64,000 nucleotides of DNA, taken from the NCBI GenBank assembly GCA_964016885.1, contig OZ024741.1, positions 122,512,001-122,576,000 of the forward strand. Reading direction: 5' to 3'. Origin of the DNA: Eledone cirrhosa. Taxonomy: Eukaryota. Below the pieces are notes generated by a model. That model was not told the DNA's origin and ran no database searches. It saw only the letters and a list, made by a program, of their open reading frames with translations. Both the position numbers and the translations under genes were made by a program. This document shows, piece after piece, positions 27,068 through 40,414 of the stretch (the stretch's first letter is position 1; each line of letters starts with the position of its first letter).

Positions 27068-27530
27068 TATATTACACAAATAGAAGTGTGTTACACAGTG
27101 AAATGTGTGTAAAGGATTATTACAAGTTTCTCTCTATCCATGAGGTTAGATGTGTAGTAAACAGAACCCACATTCGCTGACTGATGAACTTGTGGCTGTT
27201 AAACTGCACATTTCTGTGGCGAAACGAACTTAATTCGTATCAGCAAACTTATAGTTATAAGGTTAGTAATTTAAAACTCTACTTCAGTGATTTGATTCTG
27301 ACTTAGGTTTTTTTCTATTTAATTGCTAAACCTGTAGATATTGTTTTCTATACAGTAACGGTAAAAATCACTTGTAATAAACCTTTACACACATCTCACC
27401 ATGTAACACACTTCTATTTGTGTAATATATTTGGTATCTGAGCTCAGAAGAAAATTCTCAATTCTTCTTTGAGCTAATATTACTATTATTACTGCGAACT
27501 GCGGAATACTCTTATTTACGATCCTAGTAT
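27065..27530. mobile_element. Inverted-arm element carrying an HHR
   Basis: 27065-27127 reverse-complements 27370-27433; relatives at 41420-41545 and ~54570. Confidence 0.7.
27176..27244 (+). ncRNA. Type I HHR
   Basis: gctga CTGATGA ..33 nt.. GAAA cgaa-cttaa-ttcg TA tcagc; perfect stems I and III, weak stem II. Confidence 0.75.
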
Positions 27531-27720
27531 ATATATATAAAATAAACAATACAATATAATTACCTCATTACCAGAGGTTTCCCGAATAAGACGAATGCGA
27601 AAAGCGTCCTCATTTGTTCATCGGACAAGGGAATTTAAAACATAGTGAAATATTTGAAAAATCTCCTCAAGAAAGGCAAGAAACTTCAATACATATATAT
27701 ATATATATATTTTTTTTTTC

Positions 27721-28064
27721 AGTATATGTTGGTTGTATACCAACACCTCAGTATGCAGATTGGAGCACTCGACGAAGTGCGCAGGTTGGTTTGGTTACTC
27801 CGGAGTAATGTAAAATAAAATAAAATAAATAAGTCAATCATAAATGGAATCATATGATTCCAGTTCCTCAGTGAAATAACAACCCAACCAGGAACTGGGC
27901 ATATCAGAGTATTGACAAAGGTATACACCTCAACAACATATGTACTATACCACACTAATTCGGACTGCCTGAAGAGGTCACAGCCAAAGATGACTGTCAC
28001 TGAAATATATATAGCAGTAATAAACGAAGCTAAATTTTAAACATTTGACTTATTTATTTTATTT

Positions 28065-28070
<6 letters not shown>
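27721..28070 (+). mobile_element. Solo pseudo-LTR of PLE family C with inverted 5' tail
   Basis: 27850-28060 matches 49090-49310; 27721-27838 is the reverse complement of 49295-49409; related piece at 28370-28545. Confidence 0.8.
27964..28018 (+). ncRNA. Type I HHR (family C)
   Basis: actgc CTGAAGA ggtcacagccaaagatgactgtcact GAAA tatata TA gcagt. Confidence 0.8.
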
Positions 28071-28113
<43 letters not shown>

Positions 28114-29122
28114 AAAGAATTTAATCCACGTATTAACAATGTTAATACGTGGATTAAATTCTTTTGTAACTGTTTACCTTCGTCCTATTTCTCTTCTTTG
28201 ATTACACTCCTCGTTTGTTCGTGTTTCCACTACAGAATCCCTACCAACCTGTCGAGTCACCTTAACGTATGTTGAGAAATTTCCTCACAACTTGTTCTAC
28301 CAAGCTTTGGAATACTCCTAATAACTGAATATATATATATATATAGTATAAAATATATATTTATATATAAATGTTATGTGTTAGTTGGTTACCGATACCT
28401 CAGTATGCAGGGTAGAGCACTCAACTATGTGTGCAGGTGGGTCTGTTTACTCCGGGGTAATTTAAAAACAAGAAGTGTACGTCAACAGGTTTAAATAAAC
28501 GAAGTTAATTTTAAGGTGTTGACTTACACTTCTTGCTATATGTATATATTCTCGCCCACTTATTCCTTGCAGGGTCGTAGAGACGGAGTCCTCAAGTCCT
28601 CAGTAGCAATGGTCCCCAATTGATCCAACTCGATCCCCAAGTAAAACCAGCCGAACTCGTGGATGCTATTCAACCATCTTGCTCTGGATATACCCCAGGG
28701 CATCCTGCTGGTTGGTTTTCCCCGTAAAATCTGTCCAGCAATTCTTTCCTAAGACATTATAACCACATTAATTCATTAAATTTAACATAATTAAATTATT
28801 AATTAATGTATTTATTTAAGTATTTATTTGTTTCCATTTCAGAAAATTTGTTAGAATCAGAAACCGATGAGCAACGTGAAAAATATATACTTTGTACTAT
28901 ACAGTTACTCCCCTTGACATTCATATTTCCAATTCATCTGTATGTCATTATGTCCCTTTAATTTTTTTTCTTGCGTGTGTTTATCTTAGTACAGGTACAC
29001 TCTGCATTTCTTGCATGAATCGATTTAATCTATTTCTCATTCAAATATTTGTGGTTTTTACGCAAGATGAGAAATAAGTTTCCTTGACTAGATACATGCA
29101 TATATGACACACACACACACAC

Positions 29123-29159
<37 letters not shown>

Positions 29160-29214
29160 AGTATGCATGTATACGTACATACATATATGTATACAGACGT
29201 ACAGTAGCATGCAC

Positions 29215-29247
<33 letters not shown>

Positions 29248-29403
29248 TATACATATGCATACAGGTACACATACATATATGCACGTATCAGTTTAGCGGC
29301 GCTAACGTCGCTTTGTTCGTTTGTAAACAAACTGAACAGCCTGAATTTATGCCATACGGTGTTAAGGCAACCACGTCACCTTTTTGTTCAACACTGACAC
29401 AGG

Positions 29404-29448
29404 AACGATGTACTAGTTTCAAGCTTGTTAGCTATCATCAGCACCGTT
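29404..29448 (-). ncRNA. Minimal type I HHR (family A, unit 1)
   Basis: rc: aacggtg CTGATGA tagctaacaagctt GAAA ctag TA catcgtt. Confidence 0.85.
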
Positions 29449-29685
29449 TACCCATCTGCCAGATAGTTGAACGTTCGAAAGTATATACTTTCCTTATGAA
29501 AATTAACGGCTGAGCAGCCTAATTTGCATATTGAGTGAGTTAAATCGGTTAGGCATACCGAAAACGATAAATTGAAACAAAATGAAAACGAAATTTCATT
29601 TCTCACTCTTAGTATGGCACTTACTTAAATGTAAGTATGCATGTATACGTACATACATATATGTATACAGACGTACAGTAGCATG

Positions 29686-29727
<42 letters not shown>

Positions 29728-29883
29728 TATACATATGCATACAGGTACACATACATATATGCACGTATCAGTTTAGCGGCGCTAACGTCGCTTTGTTCGT
29801 TTGTAAACAAACTGAACAGCCTGAATTTATGCCATACGGTGTTAAGGCAACCACGTCACCTTTTTGTTCAACACTGACACAGG

Positions 29884-29928
29884 AACGATGTACTAGTTTC
29901 AAGCTTGTTAGCTATCATCAGCACCGTT
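29884..29928 (-). ncRNA. Minimal type I HHR (family A, unit 2)
   Basis: Identical to 29404-29448. Confidence 0.85.
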
Positions 29929-30165
29929 TACCCATCTGCCAGATAGTTGAACGTTCGAAAGTATATACTTTCCTTATGAAAATTAACGGCTGAGCAGCCT
30001 AATTTGCATATTGAGTGAGTTAAATCGGTTAGGCATACCGAAAACGATAAATTGAAACAAAATGAAAACGAAATTTCATTTCTCACTCTTAGTATGGCAC
30101 TTACTTAAATGTAAGTATGCATGTATACGTACATACATATATGTATACAGACGTACAGTAGCATG

Positions 30166-30211
<46 letters not shown>

Positions 30212-30367
30212 TATACATATGCATACAGGTACACATACATATATGCACGTATCAGTTTAGCGGCGCTAACGTCGCTTTGTTCGTTTGTAAACAAACTGAA
30301 CAGCCTGAATTTATGCCATACGGTGTTAAGGCAACCACGTCACCTTTTTGTTCAACACTGACACAGG

Positions 30368-30412
30368 AACGATGTACTAGTTTCAAGCTTGTTAGCTATC
30401 ATCAGCACCGTT
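30368..30412 (-). ncRNA. Minimal type I HHR (family A, unit 3)
   Basis: Identical to 29404-29448. Confidence 0.85.
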
Positions 30413-30452
30413 TACCCATATATATGTGTATATATATATATATATACCCATA

Positions 30453-30487
<35 letters not shown>

Positions 30488-30603
30488 GTGCATGCTACTG
30501 TACGTCTGTATACATATATGTATGTACGTATACATGCATACTTACATTTAAGTAAGTGCCATACTAAGAGTGAGAAATGAAATTTCGTTTTCATTTTGTT
30601 TCA

Positions 30604-30670
<67 letters not shown>

Positions 30671-30678
<8 letters not shown>

Positions 30679-31767
30679 TTTACATATATATATACATACA
30701 CATACATATACGTGTTTTGCAACTGGTTACTTTGTGGCTCAATGAAAAATTAATAAATTAAACAATCAGAGCTATATATCATAAAACATGTCTATAGAAT
30801 CACAAGATAAAATATATACTATTTCCTCTCCCAATTAGCATAATTAACTATATAAAAAATCGAATAGACCAGGCTATACGAATGAGGCTTCTATGAAGGA
30901 ATCTCCGACAAATAACCAAAACTAGTGCTTCACGTCGGCCGTAGCGGAATATTTATCGAATATTTCGACAGCGTAATCGCCTAGATATAGTCAACTAAAC
31001 AGAATTAGGTTTAAAATAAACTAGGAGAAAATAGAATACATTTAAATACCTCTACCATGGTTTCGTCCGTGTTTTAAGTTTTCCAATAATTATGTAATAA
31101 TTATATAAACTCGAGCGCCGGATTCTTCAGGAAGCTCGCTCTTATCTAGACATTAAATTTTCCAAAGCGATCGCGCCAAGAATTCAATTCAGAATGGCTA
31201 AAAATCGTGACGTAGTCGCGGTCAAGTTGGAAGGGATGTGGTAGTTGCTTACGACTGGTGGCATTTTTGCTAGAAAGCACAGCACAATACAACCAAATTT
31301 GTATCTCAACCTAGTGGGAGATTATTACATATAAAAGTTTACATACATATATACATACACATACATATACGTGTTTTGCAACTGGTCACTTTGTGGCTCA
31401 ATGAAAAATGAATAAATTAAACAATCAGAGCTATATATCATAAAACATGTCTATACATAATTATTGGAAAACTCAAAACACGGACGAAACCATGGTAGAG
31501 GTATTTAAATGTATTCTATTTTCTCCTAGTTTATTTTAAACCTAATTCTGTTAGTTGACTATATCTAGGCGATTACGCTGTCGAAATATTCGATAAATAT
31601 TCCGCTACGGCCAACGTGAAGCGCTAGTTTTGGTTATTTGTCGGAGATTCCTTCATAGAAGCCTCATTCGTATAGCCTGGTCTATTCGATTTTTTATATA
31701 GTTAATTATGCTAATAGGGAGAGGAAATAGTATATATTTTATCTTGTGATTCTATAGACATGTTTTA

Positions 31768-31775
<8 letters not shown>
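30671..31775. mobile_element. Element with direct (~125 bp) and inverted (~320 bp) repeats, pLTR-like
   Basis: 30671-30796 repeated at 31330-31455; 30772-31095 inverted at 31454-31775; flanked by (TA)n. Confidence 0.8.
31049..31134 (-). ncRNA. Type I HHR with long stem II
   Basis: rc: cttc CTGAAGA atccg..cggac GAAA ccatgg TA gagg. Confidence 0.7.
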
Positions 31776-31820
<45 letters not shown>

Positions 31821-31856
31821 GGCTCACACACGCACTCACACACACACACACATACC

Positions 31857-31949
<93 letters not shown>

Positions 31950-32149
31950 CGGCTGGAACAGGTAAAATGGTAGAAGTACATAGATATATATATAGAAATG
32001 ATACCATGCCTTTCCATGTTTACCATTATTATATGAGAAATCTCTTTTGTGAAGTTTACATAACATTTTAAATCTGTGTCCCCTCTTCCTTGTCCTTCCT
32101 CCTTCTCAGTAACCCCTTGCATTTTAGTGGCTTTATTTTAGTGCTTAAG

Positions 32150-33760
32150 ATGAGCCCTGATACCTCTAACCATTATATTGCGAAAAGTGAGAGCAGGATA
32201 CAAGTTGGGAAAAGGAGATCTTACCATCAACCACCTCCTCTTCATGGACGATCTTAAACTCTTTGGGAAGAGTGAGAAGGAGTTGGATGTACTTGTTGAC
32301 ACTGTCCGTATTTTCAGCAATGATATATGTATGCAATTTGGTATTAATGAGTGTGGAGTCCTAGTGATGAAGAGGGGTAAATTCAGCAGAAGCAACGGAA
32401 TCCAGGTACCACAGGTGAGATGATAAAGGAAATTGACACTGATGAGAGATACAAATATTTAGGTGTTCTGGAGGCAGATGACATCAAGAGCAAAAACAAA
32501 ATGAAGGAATTGATAAGATCTGAGTACATAAGGAGAATAAGGGGCGTATTAAAATCACATCTAAATAGTAGGAATGTCATAAGTGCAGTGAATTCCCGAG
32601 CTGTGTCTATTATTAGGTACAGTGCGGGAATTCTGAAATGGAATGTTGCTGAACAAAAAGAAATGGATAGGAAGACTAGGAAGCTATTCACTATCTACAA
32701 CATGCTCCACAAGAGGAGTGATGTCGATAGAGATCTGAAGGTGGAAGAGGTGCTATCAGCATAGAGGACTGTGTTCAGATGGAGAATAACAACCTGCACA
32801 AATATGTGACTGGCAGTAGGGAGCCAATGCTCAAAATTGTACTGAAGGAGAAAACAATAGTCCAGGGATGTCCAAGGAGTAAATAACAGCAATGAGGAAG
32901 AGCAACCTTCATGAAAAATCCCTTCATAATACCTTCTTTAAGAAAACTGAATTTAGAGATCCACAGACATGGAACTGGTTAAAAAGAGGAGACCTTAAAA
33001 AGGCTACAGAAGGAATGCTAATGGCTGCGCAAGAGCAAGCCCTCAGAACGAAGTGGGTGAAACATCATATTTACAAGGAGGAGGCTAGCCCACTGTGCAG
33101 GATCTGTGGAGAGAGAGAGGAGACTGTGGCTCACATTGTATCCGAGTGTAAACACCTAGCTCAGACTCACTATAAAGGCTGGAGACATGATGTGATAGGC
33201 AGGGTGATCCACTGGCATCTATGCAAAGTAAACAATTTACCATATTCTGAGAAGTGGTATGAGCATAAGCCAGAGTCGGTGATAGAAAACGATCAGGTGA
33301 AGGTACTGTGGGATTTTATGATACAGACGGACAAGAAATTAGAACACAATAGGCCTGACCTGGTGGTTTTGGACAAGGAAAAAAGATCGTGTCTTATTGT
33401 AGATGTCGCCTGCCCATTTGACACGAGTGTGCAAGAGAAGGAGAGGGAGAAAGTTAACCGATACCAGGACTTAAAGTGGGAGTTAAAAAGGATTTGGAAC
33501 TGCCATGAAGTCAAGGTCGTCCCGATTGTCATAGGCGCACTAGGTACTATCTCAAAGAGTTTCCAAGGATGGTTAAAGAAGATTAGTCCAGCCCCGCTTT
33601 TTGGAACACTTCAAAAGGCATGCTTACTGGGAACAGCAAGAACCCTCCGATACGTCCTGAATATCTGAGGCTGCAGGTATCGGCTTGATATTTATTTCAA
33701 CAAACTTTCCAGTTAAATAACATCAATGACTGAGACTCAAAGAACAATAATAATAATAAT
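32150..33760 (+). mobile_element. 5'-truncated Dong/R4-clade LINE (RT + CCHC + restriction-like endonuclease)
   Basis: INHLLFMDDLKLF, YKYLG, CRICGEREETVAHIVSEC, RHD, RPDLVV..IVDVACP; frameshifted; ends in (AAT)n. Confidence 0.9.
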
Positions 33761-33762
33761 AG

Positions 33763-34053
33763 TTGTTTCTACTTTTGGCACAAGGCCATAATTATTCCGG
33801 TGTATTACTGGTACTTTATTTTATCGACCCCGTAAGGAAGAAAGGTAAAGTTAACTTCGGCGGGATTTGAACTCAGAAAATAAAGGGCCGTAACTCTTTT
33901 CTGCAAAGCATGTAATAATGGGTTTTTTATAGGCACAAAGCCAGCAATTTATGGGAAAGGGAAAGTCGATTAAATCGACGCCAGTGCGTGACTGGTACTT
34001 TATTTTATCGGCCCCGTGAGGATGAAAGGCAAAGTTAACCACGGCGGGATTTC
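33763..34053 (-). mobile_element. Two adjacent SINE family A copies (short and long forms)
   Basis: Two cores ctggtactttattttatcg..aaagttaac; second carries the extra gggaaagtcgattaaatcgac segment. Confidence 0.85.
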
Positions 34054-34499
34054 AGGTTAATAAAGGTTAATAACCATCCGTGGAAACTCTTTGAGATAGT
34101 ACCTAGTGCGCCTATGACAATCGGGACGACCTTGATTTCATGGCAGGTTCATAAAGGGCTGTAACTCTATGCCACGAACCATGTTGTACGAGGAATTTGA
34201 ATAGCAGAGGGCCTAAGCTGAAATGAAGCGAGCAGCTAAATATAGGAGGATTTTTTTTATCCGTTCCCAGAATGGAGTTCGAAAGTGACTCATTCCTGTG
34301 TGGGTTGCATACGAGTGTGCATATCAAAGGTAAATAACTTTTTTCAAATTAAATATATTAATAAATCATAACGATATCGAGGATAAATAAAACTCAGATA
34401 AATAAAAACTCTATAATCGAACAACAAATGACATTCTCAAGCCAAATCTTATTTTCACAAACCCTCCGCCTAAAAATATTCTACTCGACAAAAACCTCA

Positions 34500-35251
<752 letters not shown>

Positions 35252-35556
35252 TGTTTGAAAAAAGCCCGCAAGTTTAAGTCTTTAGAACAGCGGTCGTCAA
35301 GCTTTCGGATCTCAGAGACCAATAAATTCATAATTTTAAATCCCGTGGACCATTAACATGAATCTTCTTAAAAAGATAAATAATGCTCAGAGAACTTCCA
35401 TTTTATTAAACAAACTGAAGCGTACGTTTGTCATATTGTCGACAGATGATACATATGTCTAAAATCCTATATATGGATGTTAATTCTTTACCGAGGAGAA
35501 TCACTTTTTAGGTTGTTATAAACTATATTTTAACCGCATATTGTTTTCGTTCTATT

Positions 35557-35745
35557 GGCGGTGGATTGGCAGTATCGGTAGAGAGTCAGACGCCATACTT
35601 TCCAGCATAGAGTTACGTCCCTTTACGGACTGAGTTCAAATCCCGCTGAGGTTAACTTTGCCTTTCATCCTTACGGCGTCGATAAAATGAGGTACCAGTA
35701 ACGCACTGAGATAATTGCTGGCCTCGTGCCAACAGTAGAAACAAT
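35557..35745 (+). mobile_element. SINE family A
   Basis: Full-length match to 1051 copy. Confidence 0.9.
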
Positions 35746-35756
35746 TATTTTTGTCC

Positions 35757-36385
35757 TATCTATATATATAAAACTGAGGATGTCTGTGTGTGTGTGTGAG
35801 TTTGAATCCCTAAAACTCGAGAAGTACCCAACCGATTGTTTTCAAACTTTACATGTGTATTACTTATGTTCAACTTTTTGAACCCCTAGGGTCCGCATTA
35901 TGTGAAAAAATGCGTTTTTTTTCAGCTTTTTATGTTTTTTTTTAGGCGTTACGTCAGACCGATTTCCTTGAAATTGTAACTTTGTATTAGTCAGTCTTTT
36001 CTTCTTACCGTGAGCAAATAAAATCCAAATTTGTTATGGCCTAGGGTCCGCATTAGGTGAGAAACTTCATTTTTCAGCTTTTAGGGCTTTTTTGAGGCGT
36101 TACGTCTAGCCGTTTTTTCCCATAATTTCAAGACATATTATGCACATTAAAAAAATTCATTTTCTTGATCCGCTAGGGCCCGCATTAGGTGAAAACCTGC
36201 ATTTTTCCTGCTTCATCGAGGAAAATATTAAAGATTATCCACCCATCAGAGTATTCAGTTTATTTTCGTTTTATATTGTCCAGGCATGCAGTTTTTCCAC
36301 AATTAGATCTGTTGGCGGCCCGCGTTCCAAAATACCTTATCAGACGTATTTCTCTTCGCTCCCCGCGACCCACAGCAGACAACTG
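35757..36385 (+). mobile_element. Possible non-autonomous Helitron-like element
   Basis: Starts TCTATATATATAAAA..tgtctgtgtgtg; three internal ctaggg(t)ccgcatta subrepeats; no clear CTRR 3' end. Confidence 0.4.
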
Positions 36386-36390
36386 AAGAA

Positions 36391-36437
<47 letters not shown>

Positions 36438-36851
36438 TGTCATAAAGGAAGATGGCAAATAAAGAATTAAAAGTGATCGATTTATTTATACATTTCTGAG
36501 GATAATAGTTTTTCAAATTAGACATAAAGTCACCAATTTTATTGTGGGGTTTGAAGCCAGCACATAAAAACCCAGAAGATACAATGCAAAGTATTTATCC
36601 TGTTCTCAAACGATTCTGTCAAGATACCACGCTTCATCGTGCAGTGCTAGATGTTTTCGTGATGTATGTAGCAGCAGTACTGTAACGATAACTTCACTTC
36701 ACACGTGCTCAATAATACACAATATAACATATAATAGCAGTAGTATGTACATCAACAGTATACATATCAATAACGAGCCTACACACACATATATATATAT
36801 GTGTGTAAGTGTGTGTGTAGGCACACATATATATGCATATATACATATGCA

Positions 36852-36901
<50 letters not shown>

Positions 36902-36925
36902 TATATTCATATGCATATATTCATA

Positions 36926-37006
<81 letters not shown>

Positions 37007-37078
37007 ATATATATGTATGTATGTATTATAATATATATACAGGTGTGTATGTGTGTATATATATATATGTATGTATAA

Positions 37079-37184
<106 letters not shown>

Positions 37185-37544
37185 GTCTGTGTTTGTATGT
37201 ATATGATCGTCAATTTCCCTGTAAAAATGTCTACTTACATACTACCATGTAGATGTTCTTTAAAACACACTACTAAAATCCATTTCTGATACTATTTTAT
37301 TATTAATAATCCTCGGAAAGGCATGGTTGCCACATAATCACAAACTTGCACGCTTCCCTAATCCGTGACGTTGTGATAATTAAAAGCTGAACATGATTAT
37401 TTACACATGATTTTAATCTTATATTTCTTCATATTTGCTTGTTTCTGATTTGTTTTTTCAGTTTATTGTGCGCATATTTGAGTGATGAGTTGGTATATTG
37501 AAGAACTTCAAGCAAACTTTGTTACAATAGAAGTAATTACGATA

Positions 37545-37949
37545 CGTTCAGTTCCTTAATCTGGCATACTTGGAACGGGTAGTGTTTCGGATTGCAGATA
37601 CTTTGCGGATTTTGGAATATTTGTATCCAGCGTGTATAAAATATACAGCATGGGGATGGAACCCAAGCCTAAACACGGTATCAATTTACATTTCATATTA
37701 CAGTTCATACATGATTTTTGAAGACAGTTTTATATAAATTACATAATTCCTGAAGATAGTTTTACATATAATAATATACAACCTGAAGGTAGTTTTCTAT
37801 ATAAATTACATATAACCTGAAGGTAGTTTTATATATAAATTACATATGCATTGAAGGTACTAATAGCGAATCAGGTTAGCGTTAGAAAAACCTTCGGATT
37901 TTGGAGGCTTTTCGTATTTCGGAATTTCAGATAAAGGACACTTAGTCTG
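37545..37949. mobile_element. pogo/Tigger-type MITE resembling MER46/Tigger4
   Basis: gtgtttcggatt..ggattttggaatatttg, ggggatggaacccaagcctaaacacg, cctgaaggta subrepeats, ggaatttcagataaagga..ctg|TA end; family assignment from memory. Confidence 0.6.
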
Positions 37950-37987
37950 TATTAATAATTGTAATTCTTAAAAGTGATTGCTTGATT

Positions 37988-39772
37988 TTAGCTTCCAGAT
38001 ACTGTCACGGATTGAATTTTTTTTTTCGTATGGTTAAAAACAGTTTGGGTGCAAAGAAAGCAAAACGCAACCCATAATCCGGAAGTTGATAATAAAAAGA
38101 CAAATGTTGTTCTTATAAATGTTACACGTATTGTAGCTGACATGTAACTAAGAATCCACACACCTCCAGTGAGGGAGCATAATTTCATGTTTATTATGAT
38201 TGTCAATACAGACTGTTTTCTAGAATCTGTCTTAACAGCACTTCTAGCTTTACAAATTTCGTAGGCGGTGCGTATATAAGCTATTAGATTGACTAAAATG
38301 ATTGTTAACATGGGAATGACGAAAAAAACTAGAAGCCCTAGTTCTGTAGATATCCAACAATATGAATTTCGTTCATAACGAGGTGCGAACTTGGATGTCG
38401 GATCACAGCTGTCCAGTATTAGCGCCGGTATTACAATAAGCAAAGGTGATAACCAGGCATATAAGGAACATAAAAATAATGACCTATTTTTGTTCAAAAC
38501 CATAGAATGATGAATGGCCCTTTGGCAAATCGATATGTAGACGTTAATACTGATAACATTCATCCAGAAAAATGACGCTAGGAAGGAATATTGCATGTAT
38601 ACAGCAAACCAATAACAGAAATCCACACCTGGTTCTATAAGTATTGAAATAAAGAAACATAATTGAGCGATAAATAATGAGACCCCAAATGAACAGTTGA
38701 TTTGACCGGACAGATTTCGGAGTGGCGATAGAACCGCATATACGATGAAATAGACAGTTAAACCTAAAAATGATACCATTGAACCAATCAATGACAAGTA
38801 AAATTCAAGGTCTGAAAGATACGCGATTCCTTCATTCACTCGACTATTTAGAATGCGTTCATGGCAAATATACACACGGCTGTTATTGATGATATAAAAG
38901 TCCTGACTATGAAAACTGTCAGTGGCATTATGAAAGAGGACTTGGTTTTCTAAGATATAATATTCTGTGTTATTAAGTTCAACGAATGTACAATTTGGAA
39001 GATCATTTTCAGTGGTGCGATTAAAATTGTACAACTTACGGCATTTGCCTAAATAATGATTAAAAATATAGTTTGTGGGGCAAAGTATTTCTTTGTTCCT
39101 CAATTTGTCTTTGTTAATGTCAAAAAGTAAATCAAGTACAGAAAATTTATTTATGATTCTGTAACCATGCATCCGATGACACACGTCGAAGCACATGTCA
39201 TCAAACAGATTAGTGGAAGTTTCATTAAAATATTTTTCCGTATCATTATTGCAAGTAATAGTTTTCGGACAAGGAGTGTCACGATGAAAGGGTGGATGTA
39301 TATTTTCCCAAATACATTTACTTGTATCCAATGGAGCATCTGGATCTCTTATATAACTTCTACAGTTTTTGTCTGCTTTCCACTTCCAATAAGTAAAATC
39401 ATTCTCGAAATTGCATAAAGCGCAGTATAGATTTCGGTAAACTCGTGCTGTTTTGTCACTAGTTACTGGAACGTTTGATCTTACTGTATCACGTTTAACT
39501 TCACACATTTTTTTAATACTCTTATCCTCAACATATTTTTCATTGCAAGTTTTAATCGCACCAGTCGTCTCGAAGTTAGTGTAGTATTTCTCATATAGTG
39601 CTGATAATTTGTAGCTCATATCTGGATGCTTGATTTCTGTACAAACGCAGGTTTTATTTTCGTTAAACTTACATTTATAGTCTGAACAGGGCCAGTCGGC
39701 AACCTCAGCTAGTAATATCCAAGAGTTGAGAGATGAGATAAGTGCAAATAAGTAAAAAGCAGAGGAATTCAT
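37988..39772 (-). CDS. Intronless family-B (Methuselah-like) GPCR paralog, 594 aa
   Basis: Signal peptide; VPVT..VYRNLYCALCN motif; LFIAQ, QYSFLASFFW, AWLSP, RY..CWI, GGVW 7TM motifs shared with the 20265 gene. Confidence 0.9.
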   Translation of the reverse strand: MNSSAFYLFALISSLNSWILLAEVADWPCSDYKCKFNENKTCVCTEIKHPDMSYKLSALYEKYYTNFETTGAIKTCNEKYVEDKSIKKMCEVKRDTVRSNVPVTSDKTARVYRNLYCALCNFENDFTYWKWKADKNCRSYIRDPDAPLDTSKCIWENIHPPFHRDTPCPKTITCNNDTEKYFNETSTNLFDDMCFDVCHRMHGYRIINKFSVLDLLFDINKDKLRNKEILCPTNYIFNHYLGKCRKLYNFNRTTENDLPNCTFVELNNTEYYILENQVLFHNATDSFHSQDFYIINNSRVYICHERILNSRVNEGIAYLSDLEFYLSLIGSMVSFLGLTVYFIVYAVLSPLRNLSGQINCSFGVSLFIAQLCFFISILIEPGVDFCYWFAVYMQYSFLASFFWMNVISINVYISICQRAIHHSMVLNKNRSLFLCSLYAWLSPLLIVIPALILDSCDPTSKFAPRYERNSYCWISTELGLLVFFVIPMLTIILVNLIAYIRTAYEICKARSAVKTDSRKQSVLTIIINMKLCSLTGGVWILSYMSATIRVTFIRTTFVFLLSTSGLWVAFCFLCTQTVFNHTKKKIQSVTVSGS

Positions 39773-39977
39773 TGTGAAGTAGTAGTCTGTTGAAGACGTA
39801 CAGTTGTGTGGCAGACGGATTATGAGGGAGACAAACCCATGAGCAATAATTAATTTACAGCTGTGGTTTGTTGTTAGTAAAGTTACACTATATGAGAGAT
39901 TCTCTCACACTGTCTCTCTTCTTCATGCATACTGCCTCTTACCAGATCTATTCATATCTCTCTCTCTCCCTCTCTCG

Positions 39978-40033
<56 letters not shown>

Positions 40034-40414
40034 CTCACTAGAATTGAAAGATTAATAATATGCTGGTGTCTCCCTTTTTCTCTCTCTCTTTTCTCCCTTT
40101 CTCACATGTGTTCTAGCCTCTCAGTCTTTCTTCCTCTCTCCACTCCTCCCTCCCCCCTCTGTTTCTCGTTCTCCCCTGAGTGTTAAGATAAATAAATATG
40201 CTGATGTCGAAGTACTCTGAGAAGTTAACAAACAACAACAGTAAAGAACGACAATAGCAGCAGCGTTTGAGGGTGTAAAGGAGATGGAAGGCGGGGAAGT
40301 GGTGGGAGGTGCAGTGGGAGAGAAGTGTGCAGCAACAGCAGCAGGTGGAGGAAAAGTAAAAACACCAGAAGTAACAACAGCAGTGGCACAAGCAGCAACA
40401 GCCAGAGCAGCAAC

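Larger units (their letters stand above)
29155..30606 (-). repeat. Tandem array of ~480-bp family A units plus short inverted tail
   Basis: Units identical except for (TA)n length (period 480 and 484); 30460-30606 is an inverted partial unit. Confidence 0.95.

Noticed and set aside
29155-30606. CRISPR-like or satellite-gene array
   Set aside because: Units are identical 480-bp repeats without unique spacers; eukaryotic context; no cas genes
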